From positions 1-64,000 of the forward strand of contig JAQGDQ010000067.1 in NCBI GenBank assembly GCA_030141605.1: a DNA stretch of 64,000 nucleotides, read 5' to 3'. Positions 11,059 to 26,721 of the stretch are shown here, in pieces. The position numbers were made by a program, and so were the translations under genes. The DNA is from Tubiluchus corallicola (lineage: Eukaryota > Animalia > Priapulida). Positions within the stretch are counted from its first letter, which is position 1. The number at the start of each line of letters is the position of its first letter. A model generated the notes under the pieces. That model was not told the origin of the DNA. It made no database searches and worked only from the letters and a program-made list of their open reading frames with translations.

Positions 11059-13719
11059 AATAAAAACAGGGGTAAAACAAGAAGATTCTGCTGTAGCCAA
11101 TAAGAACAAATAATAATTAGAATAATAATTTAGGAGTCACAATGGCACGTCTTCTACATCTTTTCTTTTCCTTTATTGTGGAAATTTGTTGTTTGTGCTG
11201 TAAGCAGAATCTTAGCAACAACAACAACAACAATAAGTTTTTTGTTGTGCCCCAATTATATGGTTATTGATTTTTTTCGAGAAGTAAATTTCCTTGTTCC
11301 CTGTTGGCGCTGACACTAAGCTCTAGGACACTGATCTAGTAATAAATAATTGTTTGTACTAGCCAGCACACCAAAAATGTCACCTAGTTAAAAGTTCCCT
11401 GATTTAGTGAAGTGTTGGCTGTTAAAAAATATAACGCAAAGCTGACACTCAGTCACTCACTGGTACTCAATAAACTCTCTGACTAGCTCACTCTCAGTCT
11501 CTGGCGAAGCAGACTTCTGAACTGCTTCTAAGTTTGGCAAACCTGGCTCATTGCCATAGTTATCATATATCATAGTGATACATGTGGGGCAGTCAGGTCA
11601 GAAAAGTGTTTTATGTTGAAATAAATGAACGCCTAACAGAAAACCTGCAGTTCCGGCTCCGACTTTTAACTGTTTTAACCAACGCAACACTACGTTCACG
11701 CTTCGGAACCACAACATAAAGGGACACCATAACACCCTTTTGATATTATGATTTAAATAACACAAAACTTCGGATATACAGTTTATTTCACACTATTTTA
11801 GACCCTCATCCCTATCTCATCTGTGAGATCCTCAGATTAGCAATCTGTAAATGGCATACACAAATAATGTACTAAACGTTTTATAGAAATTTTTCGAAAT
11901 CAACTTGTGAAGAGTGTGAAATTTGTGAAGTTTGTGATGAACAAGAATATGTTGGAAAGACTGGAAAGGAAATTAAGAATGAATTGGATGAAAGATTTAT
12001 AACTAATCCTAGGCAGAAGATCAATACAGCTTACCATACTGATTGCGACAGTACATGTAAGGAATTATACACAAGTCCTGGGCTATGTTTTGCACAATAA
12101 CTATGATAACAGTATTTTGACTGAGTATTATCGTAAAGCATTTACAAGGTACTGAACTAGCATGTTCACACAATTTTAGAATCAGCGCTGCACAAACCCT
12201 GCAACACTGTCCTGGTACGAAATGTGATATCAAATCTCCATTAAACATTAAAACTGAATGCTTCAAGTGAGAAAGTGTCTAGTTAAATTAGAGCAGAAGC
12301 TAACTCGTGCATATAAAATTTATTTTAATTTAACTACATAAACATTTACAAAGCAATTTAATTGTTTATTGCAAAATGTCTGTAGACTATATCTGCAACT
12401 GAAAAGAATGACTTTGGAATCACAAAATGTACTGATTATGCCTCTTGCATGGAGGCTGACACTGATTTCATGCAAATTAAAGTATATTTTCTTGGCAGAG
12501 TTTATCGCTTTGGTAGTTCACTTTGTGCCTTGTGCACTAACTGTGCAATTTGCAATGCAGTTTTGTATGATTATTTTTCAATCATAAGTATACTAGTGTG
12601 CATATATATGACTCTATTATTTATGAATAACTGTATAACGAGATTTTTTTGTAATGATGCTTTCAATAAACGAATAATAATAATAAATATTGGCAGTATA
12701 AAAGTGCAGTTGGCCATGTTAGCAGCAAAAAGGAGTAGTTATAAATGGAATTTGGAGTCCTTAGATTATTTAACATAATGAGCAATATGAGTCTGTTTGA
12801 GCAGGTTGTCTTGGTAGAGATGTTTTGTTACCACTCTAGCCAGGCTGTGCATTTGAATGCACCTGGCCAGATTTGAAAGTAGAGGAGAAATGGTCGAAAC
12901 CCAACTCCTGCTCACGTTGATAACCCAAGGTGTGGTGTCGTTGTGTGCAGTACTGCAAGGAAAACGTGTGAACAAGGTGCGTGGTCTGAACGAGTCTGCA
13001 GTTGTTTTGATTAACCCCAGTGATCATGACATTGCTTGGCAGGGTTTATACAAAAATGATGTCATGATATCACCAAACATTATAACGCATTTTCATCATG
13101 TGCAGTGAAATACGTAGCACATGCGAGCACTATTTTTCTCTAGGAATCATGTCGAACCTGGAGAAATCCAGATTGTCAGCGTCACTGAGTTATGTCGAAC
13201 CTGGAGAAGTGCTTTTAATGAATGAAATAAATGAAACGGTGTTTCCACTGTTAAAAATATTTCATTAAAAAACAATTGCCATTTTTCTCACTAGTCCTGA
13301 ATTACCTACATTAAAAGGTCTGAAAGTCATATCACATCCTGTTATGACATAATATTATATGGATATGTATGGATATCCAACCGAAATTAGCATGTTTAGT
13401 ATGTATCATACATGTACATGTGTATAGCATGTACATGATTTTTTTTGGAAACCACAGTAAAATTACTATTCTACTATACATCTATACAAGCTCTTTTATC
13501 TCTCAATTTCTGTTGTTATTGAGCTTCACCAGCAATGAATTAAACTCTAACATTTCACCGGTGACATAGAAAATTAAATACATGAATGTTCGAGTACCAC
13601 AACCAGTGTCTGACTTTGAAAATTAATAGTATGCCCTGCCGTTATGTGTTGAATTACAGCTTTCAATGTACCGAACTATTTAACAAGAATCATTTATGCT
13701 GAACATTCATCTAACTTAC

Positions 13720-14006
13720 CGATTGTTGCCTCGAACTAACCACGTACTCTGGTGATACGCTGAATTTGGTGCCAACAGGTGCGTTATTAATCTGTCTTGC
13801 GTCCCCAATAATCACTACTCTTGAATCGTTTTCCTTTGCTAAGTCAAAGATATGAATGTTGTTAAAAACCAAGCCTGCCATTACACCTTTAAATGGGCGA
13901 TCTATTGCACCAATGCGATCTTTGCTTTCCTTGCCTCCAATCTGGAGCTTATGCGGCGAATTAAAAACACCCAATTGCTGATCCAGGCAATTGACATTGT
14001 AACATG
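13720..14006 (-). CDS. Nrxn: alpha-neurexin exon, LNS6 end (PCYNVNCLDQQLGVFNSPHKLQIGG...PFKGVMAGLVFN...IGDARQI...SSRQQS)
   Basis: ttttctttttcag acceptor, GTAAGT donor; 287 nt, phase 1/0; QL..FNS and PF.G...GL..N motifs. Confidence 0.92.
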
Positions 14007-14161
14007 CTGAAAAAGAAAAGTTTTCTAAAAACAAGCAGGAGCTGCAACAAGCTAAACTAAATTTAGTTATTATAGATTAGTAATAGAGCAGACAGCCTTG
14101 CATAAATGTCCATTATTGTTGTTGTCCATTACAGGTTGTCGATGTTGTTGTCGCTGTTGCA

Positions 14162-14287
<126 letters not shown>

Positions 14288-14499
14288 GTAAAAATGTTTC
14301 TGACGTCGTAAGAAACTTAAAAATTTTGCAAAGAACAGAATTAGGCCTTAAACTGACATCAGTCTTTTGTTTGAATGCCATAATTTCGTCTTTATTGAAT
14401 TCGCACTACAAAAATACGTAGTACGTTTTCTCCATTTATCCTGCCACCTGTTTACCTATCATTACCGCGAAACTATAGGTAAAGTAAAAATTTTCTTAC

Positions 14500-14671
14500 G
14501 TTCTGGATTTTTTGTCTGAATAGGATGGTCATCGACTCTAAGAGTAGCATTAAGTCCTGAACGGCTAAACCGGACTGTATGATACATTCCATCATTGACC
14601 TTCTCTGAGAGATCCTGAATGGGATGGTCCGTTGTGCCCATGTTGTAAACGAGAAATAGGTTCCCTTTCAC
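14500..14671 (-). CDS. Nrxn: alpha-neurexin exon, LNS6 (VKGNLFLVYNMGTTDHPIQDLSEKVNDGMYHTVRFSRSGLNATLRVDDHPIQTKNPE)
   Basis: gacag acceptor, GTAAGA donor; 172 nt, phase 0/1; NDG.YH.VRF.RSG.NATL motif. Confidence 0.95.
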
Positions 14672-16374
14672 CTGTCAGCAATAACAACTCGTTAAGCGGT
14701 AAGCCGTGAAGAGAAAAAGGCGCCTTGTGAAAAAGGAATGTATGCTAACCAATAGTCGTTGTCACATAGACAATCCATTTGCCATTCTCCGCCATACCGT
14801 AAGCCCGCAGTTCCTCACAAGCCGTTTTGCGCACTTTATAAAGCGCTTCATTGCGAAATGATTTTGGCCATTAATTTCACTTAATGGCCATCGGTCATCG
14901 CTAAAGCAGTGGTTTCTATAGTTAACATTTCGTTTATATCATAAGAACTCATAACACAATTGTCCCATGAACGTTGATGGAAAACAATGATTTTTCATAT
15001 CCTTCCTCATTTTGAAGTACGGCAAAAATACTTATTTTAACACCTATAATACTGCTGAAGTATTTATGATAATTAAATATGGATTAAAAACTTAGCTAAA
15101 GGCGGACGAGCCCAACTACTGATGTTATCATAAATGAACATAATTTTCAACAACAGAAACATGCGTGTTACACGTGTTTGAGAAAGCAAAAAATGAAGTA
15201 CAGTGTTACTGTACAAGATACATTGTGTTATATTAAAACTCGGTAAGTTTTAAAGTAAAAATTCAAATTTCAAATATACCACTGTGCATGAGTTCGCAAA
15301 CGTGTGCGTTACGTCATAAACGAACACTTCTGAACTGAGAAGTACAGCACCTTTTTGTGCAACGCGTTTCCGAAATGCAGGCGCTAGTGCTGATCTAACT
15401 AACGAATGGCGAAATGCATGTAACCGCGAAGAACTAGCCACGCATTTGCGAAATTGGGTTTGTGTGGTAATAATTTTTGACACGTAAGTCATTCTTGAAA
15501 AAATAGTATGTTCCTTTTCCGTACTTTAAAGAGTAAATCTTTTGACATATAGTTCAAGATCGGGTCTGGTTTTCCTTTAATAAGCAACTTTTTGAACACG
15601 ATATATTTTTACGGATTTTGGATTGCGGCTTGGTTCACATTTTGGTTGGACAGCCAAAGGATAGGACCATGCGTTAAGGTATAACATTCCATTAGTGTGT
15701 TGGAACTATCTGTAAAAAGTTCAAAATAGAGAAATAGACTGGTGAGGTGCTGTCGCCCTTGCACATTTTTAAAATGAGTATATCGGTCACCAAAATAATA
15801 AAACAACAATGACGACAATAACAACAACACCAGCAACAGTAGCAACAACAACAAGTCCAAATGCTCCACGAAAACTCTTATCACTGCGCACAACTGCCAC
15901 ACTCACCACGCTTGCCAAACCTCCAAAGCCACCAAATCTGCCATACCGCCAAACCATCAAAGCTCTTTCTTCTTCTTTTTTCCTTTTCTCTCTTTCTTTT
16001 TCTAGCTGAAATCAAATTTATTCCCCCTTTCCCCTTTCTTTCATACTTTTCTTTTTTGTTTTTCCTCTTTCTCTCTTTCTTTTTTGCTTCCTGTCTTCTA
16101 ATACTTTATGAATAATTGCATACTAAATTTTTTTAAAAATTCTGGCGAACATTTCAATGAATCCTGAGCTGACTGTTTTCAATTTTACTGGTCAGCAAAT
16201 GGTAGAACTAACCCATCTCAGTTGTAATCAACATATTAGCTTGTGTAAACGATTACACACTTTGTTGTATTTAAATAACAATAAAGACTCATCAGGCAAA
16301 TAGGCCTTCCATTCTATATGGTCACAATCCTGCGCATAAAATAGACAAGGCTGTTTCCAGATTTAAATGCCACG

Positions 16375-18500
<2,126 letters not shown>

Positions 18501-19456
18501 GTGGCTAACACTCAAGATAGAGACGTCCTTGCGTTACTAGGTCTAAAAGCTGGTCCAAATAAGGATCACGAGGTTCTAATTTTTTTCTGGACCTCACCTG
18601 ATTTTCTTTCAGCTTTACTCAGGACAAAAGCACCACCTGGCAGCATGGAGACACCTGGCGGTAGTCCAATCAATTCGCACCAAATTGTGTGCTACGCAGC
18701 TGCCACTTGTAAACGGATTCCGCGCTGCGGCCGTTTCACTAGACCCATGTTAGTACCATACTTAAAACTTATGACAACAAAATTAACATTTTCAACTTTG
18801 GGAAACAGTAACTCTTGGAAAAAGACATTTTGAATCACGTTCATTTACACAGCGTTTAAAGGAAAACATGTCGATACCTGATATATAAGTATGGTACCGA
18901 CATGTGTCCAATGTGTCCAGAAAAACTGTGTCGGTGGCGGCTATGTGACACTTTAATGATAGGGAATTGATCGAACAATCACCACTCCTACGGTATCTTG
19001 GTAGGAGGCGGTTCTTGTAGGAGTAATTGCTTCTCAAAAATAGAGTATTTTGACGATTTTCGAGTCATAACTCAGGCGGCTCAAAAGATCACCCGCAATT
19101 AAAAGCAAAAGTGGCCCTATAGCTAGCTATAGGCACCCCAAATTTGGTGAACTACCTCTGTCTAGTTTCTGAGTTATTCCAAAAAGATTCGTATCTCGGA
19201 AACTAAACATCGCAGAACGGAAATAAAAGCAGATTCTGAATATCAAATTTTCAACCGGACATCCTATTTATTGCCATTTTCTGGCTAAACGAAACTCGAC
19301 GCGCGATTTTGACACAGAGCATCAGATTCTACATTTCACTGCGAATCCAATGCTATATGGCGTGCCTCCAGAGGATTTATATCTTCAGTTCACAAAGCAT
19401 TCAGTTGAAAGCATGTCGGTACCTTATTGGTAATAACGACTTACGATAAACTGTCG

Positions 19457-19587
19457 AAAAGATAGACTGGCGAAAAAGTAGAGTGGCGAAAAGCTAGACT
19501 GGCGAGCTATAGACCAAACACCCAGGTAGAACTACAGACCAAAGACCCAGGAGGAACTACAGACTAAAGACCCAGGTGCAACTACAG
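19457..19587. repeat. Two adjacent minisatellites: about 16 bp x3 (aaaa..tagactggcg) and 23 bp x3 (ctacagaccaaagacccagg...aa)
   Basis: Read directly. Confidence 0.85.
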
Positions 19588-19674
19588 AAAAACAAAAAAC
19601 AGATAGATGACCCAAGGTCTTTACTTTCATACCATAGTTCTAACTTCCTACCAAATTTCACATAGTTCACATAC

Positions 19675-19853
19675 CAGTTCCAGCTCCATGTAGTCGTTAC
19701 TGGTGGCACTGTCTATTCTCATGATTACAGCATTGCTTTGAACAGTTTTAAAGCGTAGCGCCAACTCATCGAAGTTCCTGTTTGGATACTGGCCTCCTTG
19801 ATAAGTAAACATAATAAGTCCAGATTGAGGACCAAACTTGTACATCGTTGAGT
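19675..19853 (-). CDS. Nrxn: alpha-neurexin exon, LNS6 start (DSTMYKFGPQSGLIMFTY...DELALRFKTVQSNAVIMRIDSATSNDYMELEL)
   Basis: ctttcag acceptor, GTATGT donor; 179 nt, phase 1/0. Confidence 0.94.
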
Positions 19854-21844
19854 CTGAAAGTAATGAGAGTACTTTAGTTATATTTTTAGATTATTAAATA
19901 ATCGGTAGTTAGCTTAAATTAGTGCAGGCTTACATTGCTCAAAAGTATTAAAAAATGCTCACAGAGCGAAATGGGAAAATATAGTTCCAGGTTCTTTTCA
20001 ATGAGAGTGCACTGTGCAGGAACAGATAAGTTTGCATCTGGAGATCACGTACAAAACACGGGTACGTGAAATTTGGCTTTTTAATAAATCACGGTTTTCC
20101 TAATTAACACATATTCCTAACTCTCACAATGTTTTTTAAGAATCATTATTTCGCTAAATTAAAAATCTACATTTTATTAACATATGGCAGCATTTTATTT
20201 CAAAAATATCTAGTGTATTCACAAAAAAAATCTATCCACACCAAAGTCAGTACATCTAGTACAGCAGTTCAACTAATATTGTAATATAATACAATATTAT
20301 TCAGCGGTTGGTGTTTGGCTTAGAATTAGAAAAAAAAACAGAGAGAATGTGTTGCTTCATTGTTTATCCTAGCTGCCGGCTTGCAAAAGACCAGATCAAT
20401 TAACGAAATTGATGTATGATTATTAAAATCAAGGCTACGTTGAAAATGTCTTTGACGTGGTGAAAAACTGAGATTTTCCAAACAATGTTCACAGAATTAG
20501 GCTTAAAAACATGTCAGTCTTTTATTTGAAAATTCTATAATTTTGAATTGATTTTATTGAAATCGTATTGCTTGATAACCTAGAAACTGCACTTCATAAC
20601 CTAGAAACTGCACTTCAGAATCAAAGTGGCAGCTTACAACTTTGATAAAATTAATACTTAGTGCGCAACTACCCTCACAACGCTTTGTCCCTTATCGTGG
20701 TCCGTTAAATTGTTTTACAATAAAAAGAAAAATTGTCATAATTGTAGTAAGGTCAAAGAATGCCTTCTTTTCAGCTGTGAAATGAAGTTTCAAATCGTTT
20801 ATTATGTTTTATTTGACTAACAAATAATATTGCAATGCATTATGCCGCAAAATTGTAAATGGAGGCACTCTCTAAACATTTTTATATTATAATTTTTTCA
20901 GTCATCAGTCATCATCACACGTCAACCTCATAAAACTTAAATACTTGTGGAAAACAATTTCGAAAAAAGTAAAAGCTCTGATGCAGAGTAACGGAAGAAC
21001 GAAATGACACCCGCAGCCCATGACAAATTGACCAGAGATCAGGGACCGCCACACTGCTGCCCTTCTTCCACCCAGGAGAACCCATCCTATAAGTTTCGTT
21101 AAGCCTTTTTAAGTCTTGTTTAGTGGTACTTCCACATTTGCAATGTTGCAATGAGGTGGGACTACAAAATATAATGTTATATCATATATCTTTTGGCTAT
21201 CTAACTACTGAATTGTATTTCGATGTTGTTTCTAAATTCTTTGTTTTAGATGCCTTGACAATGAACAGTTTTGTTCGAAACCGGTCGGCAATAAATTTCA
21301 TTTTGATGTAGTCACGTCTATTAGCCAAATATGGATAATTCAGATATAAAAATTTGAAAAATTATAAAATATTTGAGAAATTAATGAATATAAAATATTT
21401 TTACGTAATCCTATTACTCGTCCGTTGTTTATAAAAATAAATAAATAAATAAGTTTGATGTTATGGTACCCTAAATTCCTAAATACTCACACCATTATTA
21501 ACGTTAGTCAGGTTTTGATATACTACTGTCAGTGATTAATATTCGTATGCGTACTTGTTTTCGCATGAGTGACTGCATATGGTCAGTGAGCATCTCACCA
21601 AAATAATTTGTCACCAACGACGTCTTACTAGTTTAGTAACCTGCCCACACGTTTATACTTGTGATATGATATGTCCATATATTATTTCCATATGTCCAAA
21701 ATGTGATATGTCCATACATTATTTGATATGCGTATTTACTCTCGAACCTAAGTTTATGTGTGCACATGTGTAATGTGAACATAAACTCTGAATTCATAAT
21801 AATAATCAATACATAGTCATATGTCAATAAATAATAATCACTAC

Positions 21845-21845
<1 letters not shown>

Positions 21846-21891
<46 letters not shown>
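21846..21891. repeat. (AAT)n microsatellite
   Basis: Read directly. Confidence 0.95.
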
Positions 21892-22308
21892 CAATCATGA
21901 ATGCACAATACTAATCAAGACATGGTCAATAAATCGTCATGAATACATATCAATCATTAATACATAACTAGCAAAGGCCCCGCAAAAAATTTTGCATATA
22001 AATACACTTATAATCAAGAATACGCGAACATCCCACATTGTCCTCATTTATAACGCAAAGCAAGTAGCAGCTTTTACTGAATTAAAGTTAGAAGGTTATA
22101 AGCAGAGTATAATGGATGACGTCAGAATAATTGCTTTGCATCAGCAGTTTTCCAAGCGAAAATTGTCAAAAATGGATCATCTAAGTAACTCGTCGCCACT
22201 CCTCTTGGTGGATGTGTCCTAAAATATAAGCCCACATCATCGTGTAGGCCCGTACTTCCTCTTCCTAAAGAACTATATATCTTCTTCCAAGAGTCCCACT
22301 GGATGCCG

Positions 22309-25055
22309 CTAGAACTGAACCGAGCCCAAGAAAGACTTCAAGCTTGAGACGTCTGTAGGAGGTGGCATCTTCATGACTGCCTCGACCTTGGATCCTTTTG
22401 CAACTCCTTCGGCCGATAAGGTGTGTCCAAGATATTCAATACTTGGTTGTGCGAACAAGCACTTTTTATGACGACATCTGAGTCCTTTGTCGTTCAGACG
22501 AGTGAGCAAGCGTCTCAGGTTGCTCAGGTGATCATTTGTGTCTTACCCGCGGACGAGCATATCGTCTTGGAAGGCGGTGACTCCAGGCTGATCACTGGTC
22601 AGGTTCTCCATGATCTCCTGAAAGTAACCAGGTGCTGACTTGATTCCGAAAGGAAGTCGTTGCTGCAGGAGTACACCACAGTGGGTACTGAGAGCTAGCC
22701 TGCATTGACTCTCAGGTGCCAGCTTAATCTGGTTATAAGCATCAGCAAGGTCGATCTTCATGTGGCCGTATCTGCCTTCCAGCTTCTGCATCAGTTCCTC
22801 TGGGAGTGGCATCGGATCGTAGTCCTCTAGCTGATCGTTGATGCCGACTGAGTAGTCACCACAGATCCGCAATTTGGGCTTCTGAGTGCCCAGAGTGTAA
22901 GCTTTACGAATCGGTACCACTGGCGTTCCCGTATTCGTTGACCTGGACTGGCTTCCAGACACCCTTGGCGATGCCTTCTTCGTAACCTTTGGCCAGGTCA
23001 TCTCGAAGAGCGAATGGAACCAGTCGTGCCTTATGAAAAACTGGCTTCGCGTCAGACTTGAACTTCACTTCCAGTTCGAAGTTCTTAAGACACCCCAATT
23101 CTTCTTTGAAGAGATCTGGGAACTCGTCACACAGGTTGTGGCACTCTCGTTGCAAGTTAGCATAAGACGTGAAGGAGGTTTCTGGATGTGACGTTTTTAC
23201 ACCCTTGCTCTTGTCTTGACTCTCTATGCTTCTCAGTCCTAGAGCATTGTCCACAGAAATTCCCAGCTTCTGGATAGCATTTCGTCCAAGCAGGTTTAGG
23301 TCAGGGATCTTGGTGACGATGTAAGGAATTGAGCTTTGTTTACAGTCTTTGGATCCTTGGTCTGGCCCATGAAAGTTCCCAGCACTGGCAGGTGGTGCTT
23401 GCTGGCAGACTCGTAGCGATGTCTGTCGTCATCCAGCTTTGGCTTACCTAGTTGCTTCCAGACCGGCACTGAAACGAAATTTCCCGAGGTTGCAGTGTCA
23501 AGTTCCATCTTGAACTGTCAGTCTTGGATGTTGAGTTCGACATCCAAACAAGGAGAATCTTTGGGAACTTCACCGAGGATCGCCTTGACAAGCTCACCTT
23601 TCCTGATTCTCTTCACGGACTTTCCAGATTTTTGGTCCCATTGCTGTCGTTGCTTCTTCATGCAAACAGCCTCCAAATGTCCTTTCTTGTCACAGAAATG
23701 GCACTTGGCATCTTTGTAGGGGCAGTCAGTCACTTTGTGGGCCTTTCCACAATGGTAGCACTTTGTATCCATATCTGTGGAATTTGACTGCTGATGGTTC
23801 TTTCGTTGACCTTTGTTTTGGTTCAGCTTGACTTTGTGGACGGGCCTGGTCTTGGAACCATAGACAGCCTTTACCGCGTCTTCAGTCTCGGTAGCGATTT
23901 GGATAGCACGGGCGAAAGTCAGATCTTCATCCTTGATTTTGAAAATAGCCTTCAAAACAGCTTCGTTGTTGATAGAGCATATGAATCTCTGCCTCAGAAC
24001 TTCATCTTGTGGGTCTTGGATTGAAGAAAAATCACAGGTAGCAGCGTCTTGGCATATGTGGGCTGCTAACTCCTGGGGAGTTTCGCCTGGATTCCGTTGC
24101 ATGTCACTCCAGAACTTGAAACGTTCTCGCACAATGAAGAGTTTCGGGTCAAACTGTTCCTTCATAAAGTAGTTAATTTCGTCAATTGTCAGTTCGTTGA
24201 TATTCTTGGATGGAGACTGTTGAGTCGCTAGATTTGCCAGTTGTTCGTAGATGCCGCAGTCTGATTTGTTAGGAAAACTTGAGCCTTGCATTGGTCAGGC
24301 ACTGCATTGGCTGCCATGAAGGAACAAAAACTTGACCAGTAGTCAGGCCACTGTTCAGAAGTTGGATCGAAAGCAGCAAATGGTGAAATGGTAGCTGTAA
24401 GCGCTGATGCAGGTGGAAGGTGGGTGCTTGAGCTGTAATTCTCTTCAGGAGTTCGAGCCTGAAGCAGCCTCCTCATAGCATTCATATCTTCTTTGTGTTG
24501 CTGCGCCTGCTGATCCATATCTTCTTTGTGTTGCTGCGCTTGCCGATCCATCTGTTCCCTCTAGATTTGAATCTGCTGCGCCTGCTGATCCATCTGTTGG
24601 CAGAGGAGCTTGATAAGTTCGCCCATCTGCTTTGCCATCATTGCTTGAAAAAACAACTGTCCACTGAGTTACCAAGGGAATATTTGTTGTGTTTTGTTTC
24701 TCTCGGAAGGCTCGTAGAGAGAACCAGAAAACACTTCGTCAAATTAAACTAGTTTAATAAGCGAGAATTCTACAACACAAAAGTATGAAGGAACGCGAAA
24801 TGATTACACTAAACGTAAAAATCTGAAAAACGTTTGAGTGTATCTGAAAATACAGGTATACAAGAGAGTGTGTGAGTGTGCGTCCGTGTGAATCTGCGTG
24901 CCTGTCTCAGCGGCCTGCTTCGCCTTATATAGCGTGCCCGAGAAGCTTCTAGAAGTTTTTGTTCCAGAACATTCTACACGGTAAGACGATTATTCTAACT
25001 GAACATTCTACAATGTTCTATGTAATTCTAATAGATGCCAGCGATCTCCACAACA
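22309..25055 (-). mobile_element. Mag-like Ty3/Gypsy LTR retrotransposon: 5' LTR, gag, PR, RT; 3'-truncated and frameshifted
   Basis: gag with two Cys/His knuckles (CYHCGKAHKVTDC, CHFCDKKGHLEAVC); protease MELDTA; RT LRICGDY, IDLADAYNQ, LPFGIKSAP, FQDD, IEYLGH. Confidence 0.9.
24685..25055 (-). repeat. Putative 5' LTR (371 bp) of the Mag-like element
   Basis: Terminal inverted 7-mers TGTTGTG...CACAACA; TATATAAG near 24925 and ATTAAA near 24755 on minus strand; TGG-initiated PBS-like sequence near 24673. Confidence 0.7.
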
Positions 25056-25079
25056 CCAATAAATCGTCAAGAAAACAAT

Positions 25080-25312
25080 GATATCTGTGTCTCCTATCCT
25101 CTGCAACTAAATTTGTAGCCAAAGTATGGGTTACCTTAAAAAATACTTTTGGAGAGTTGGTAGCTCTAAAAGTTCATGCATTAAATTTGTAGACTGCTGT
25201 AAATGTTGTGTAATCTCAGGAATTTTCTTCCATTGGAATTTGATGATAAGCACTTTGAGGTCCAAAATAGTAACTCCTTTTACTACTTCAAAATACTATC
25301 AATCCGAGGTGG
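25080..25312 (-). mobile_element. Short Gypsy RT fragment, same family as 37620-39570
   Basis: Reverse complement aligns with 37620-37721 joined to 38516-38670 (PPRIDSIL...SAYHQIPMEEN...DYTTF). Confidence 0.75.
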
Positions 25313-26721
25313 TTGCGTAAGGTCCTTGAATTCAAATATGGAAAGTCCACACACATACGGTAAGATACGTACCCTTTCCAAACAAGTAAGACTGCACTGC
25401 AAGAAGGAGCATCTGATGACTTATTATTTCTGCTTCTAAAGCGATTCGATGTCTGCTTCTAAAGCGACATAGGAATGCAGATTAAACCTTAATCATGTTT
25501 AATAAAACTGCAGAAATAATTTGATTTTCATTTTGCTCATACATCAGTTTTACTTGGAAGAATAATTTTCTTCTGTGCCTTGATGAAATAAGTCAGATGA
25601 CTATGTAGGAAGACAAACGAATAATGCCAGAGTCAAGCAACAATACTGAATTAGCTATATCCAAAATTGCTCCAGATTTATGAAAAAATGGATTTCCCAA
25701 TATAAGAAGTGTCGCAATTTGAAAAAGTAAGTGAAACATATTTTTACCAATAGTTATTGATAATACGACTTGTTGCCGTCTATGTTTGCCAGTTGCACCC
25801 CCTGTTTTAAGTTTTTTGGTAATTCATCCTTCTACGACATTCTTTCTTGGAAGTTCTGATCGCCAAACTCTCATATTTGAACTTTGCAGAAAGGTGTATG
25901 TTCACTAACTAAGGTGACAACTAACTTTGCTCTCTCATTGTTCTTCTTGGTTACTTCTGCATTGTAGTCCATAGAGTGCTTTGATGCCTGCCTCACATTG
26001 TTCTTAAAACAACTATCGCTTTTCGACATCTTATTTTCGTCAGTGCTCTTATGTTACTCTGTTTTTAAATCCATTTTCCTTTGACGGTATCTCTTTGTAT
26101 CTCTTACAAAATTTCTTTTCTGTATCTATATTGGGTAAGGGTTAACAACAGATTCTATCTTGCAAACTATAAACATTTTCTAAACTTTCTTCATTCTGTT
26201 ATTCTTATGCCAATTAATGAATAACTTCGTCAAAAATAATGCTACTCTTGACTGAAGGTGGCAGCACAAGACTGGAATACAAAATCAATACAGCAATATT
26301 ATCAATCGTTAGGTAAACGATTCGTGATACAGTTTAGATTAATACTTAAAGTGAAAAATAATTAGTAGCAGTAATCTGCTAGATGGGGGACCATCACAGA
26401 GCCTTCCCCTAAAGAATATTGAATATTTCAAGATCATGATTACGAAACTTAATATTTTTCACTGCTAAGCTAAGATAACATCATACATATACCATGGCAA
26501 ACATGAACAGAAGTAACGACTTTGTAGCTCACTGAGTTATTACATATTTTTCAACTTAGACAAAATAAGGACAAAAAGAAGTAAATTGATCATTACATCA
26601 TACACCTCAAATATGTCATCAAAACAAATATATCATATATAGCATCTAGACATGCAAACTTATTTAAGCATTGAGAAAGTAATGCAACTTGTTGGGCATT
26701 TCATACTCTGACGCTTTATAT

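Noticed and set aside
11850-12690. Possible decayed LINE 3' end ending in AATAAA and (AAT)n
   Set aside because: No unambiguous protein motif recovered
19457-19587. Regularly spaced short repeats resembling a CRISPR array
   Set aside because: No unique spacers, no cas genes and a eukaryotic intron context; it is a minisatellite
20575-20616. Two-copy tandem duplications (21 bp here; about 30 bp near 28969 and 36449)
   Set aside because: Ordinary slippage duplications with no further structure
22185-22200. PBS-like TGGCGACGAG on the minus strand near the truncation of the Mag element
   Set aside because: No recognisable LTR end before it or gag after it
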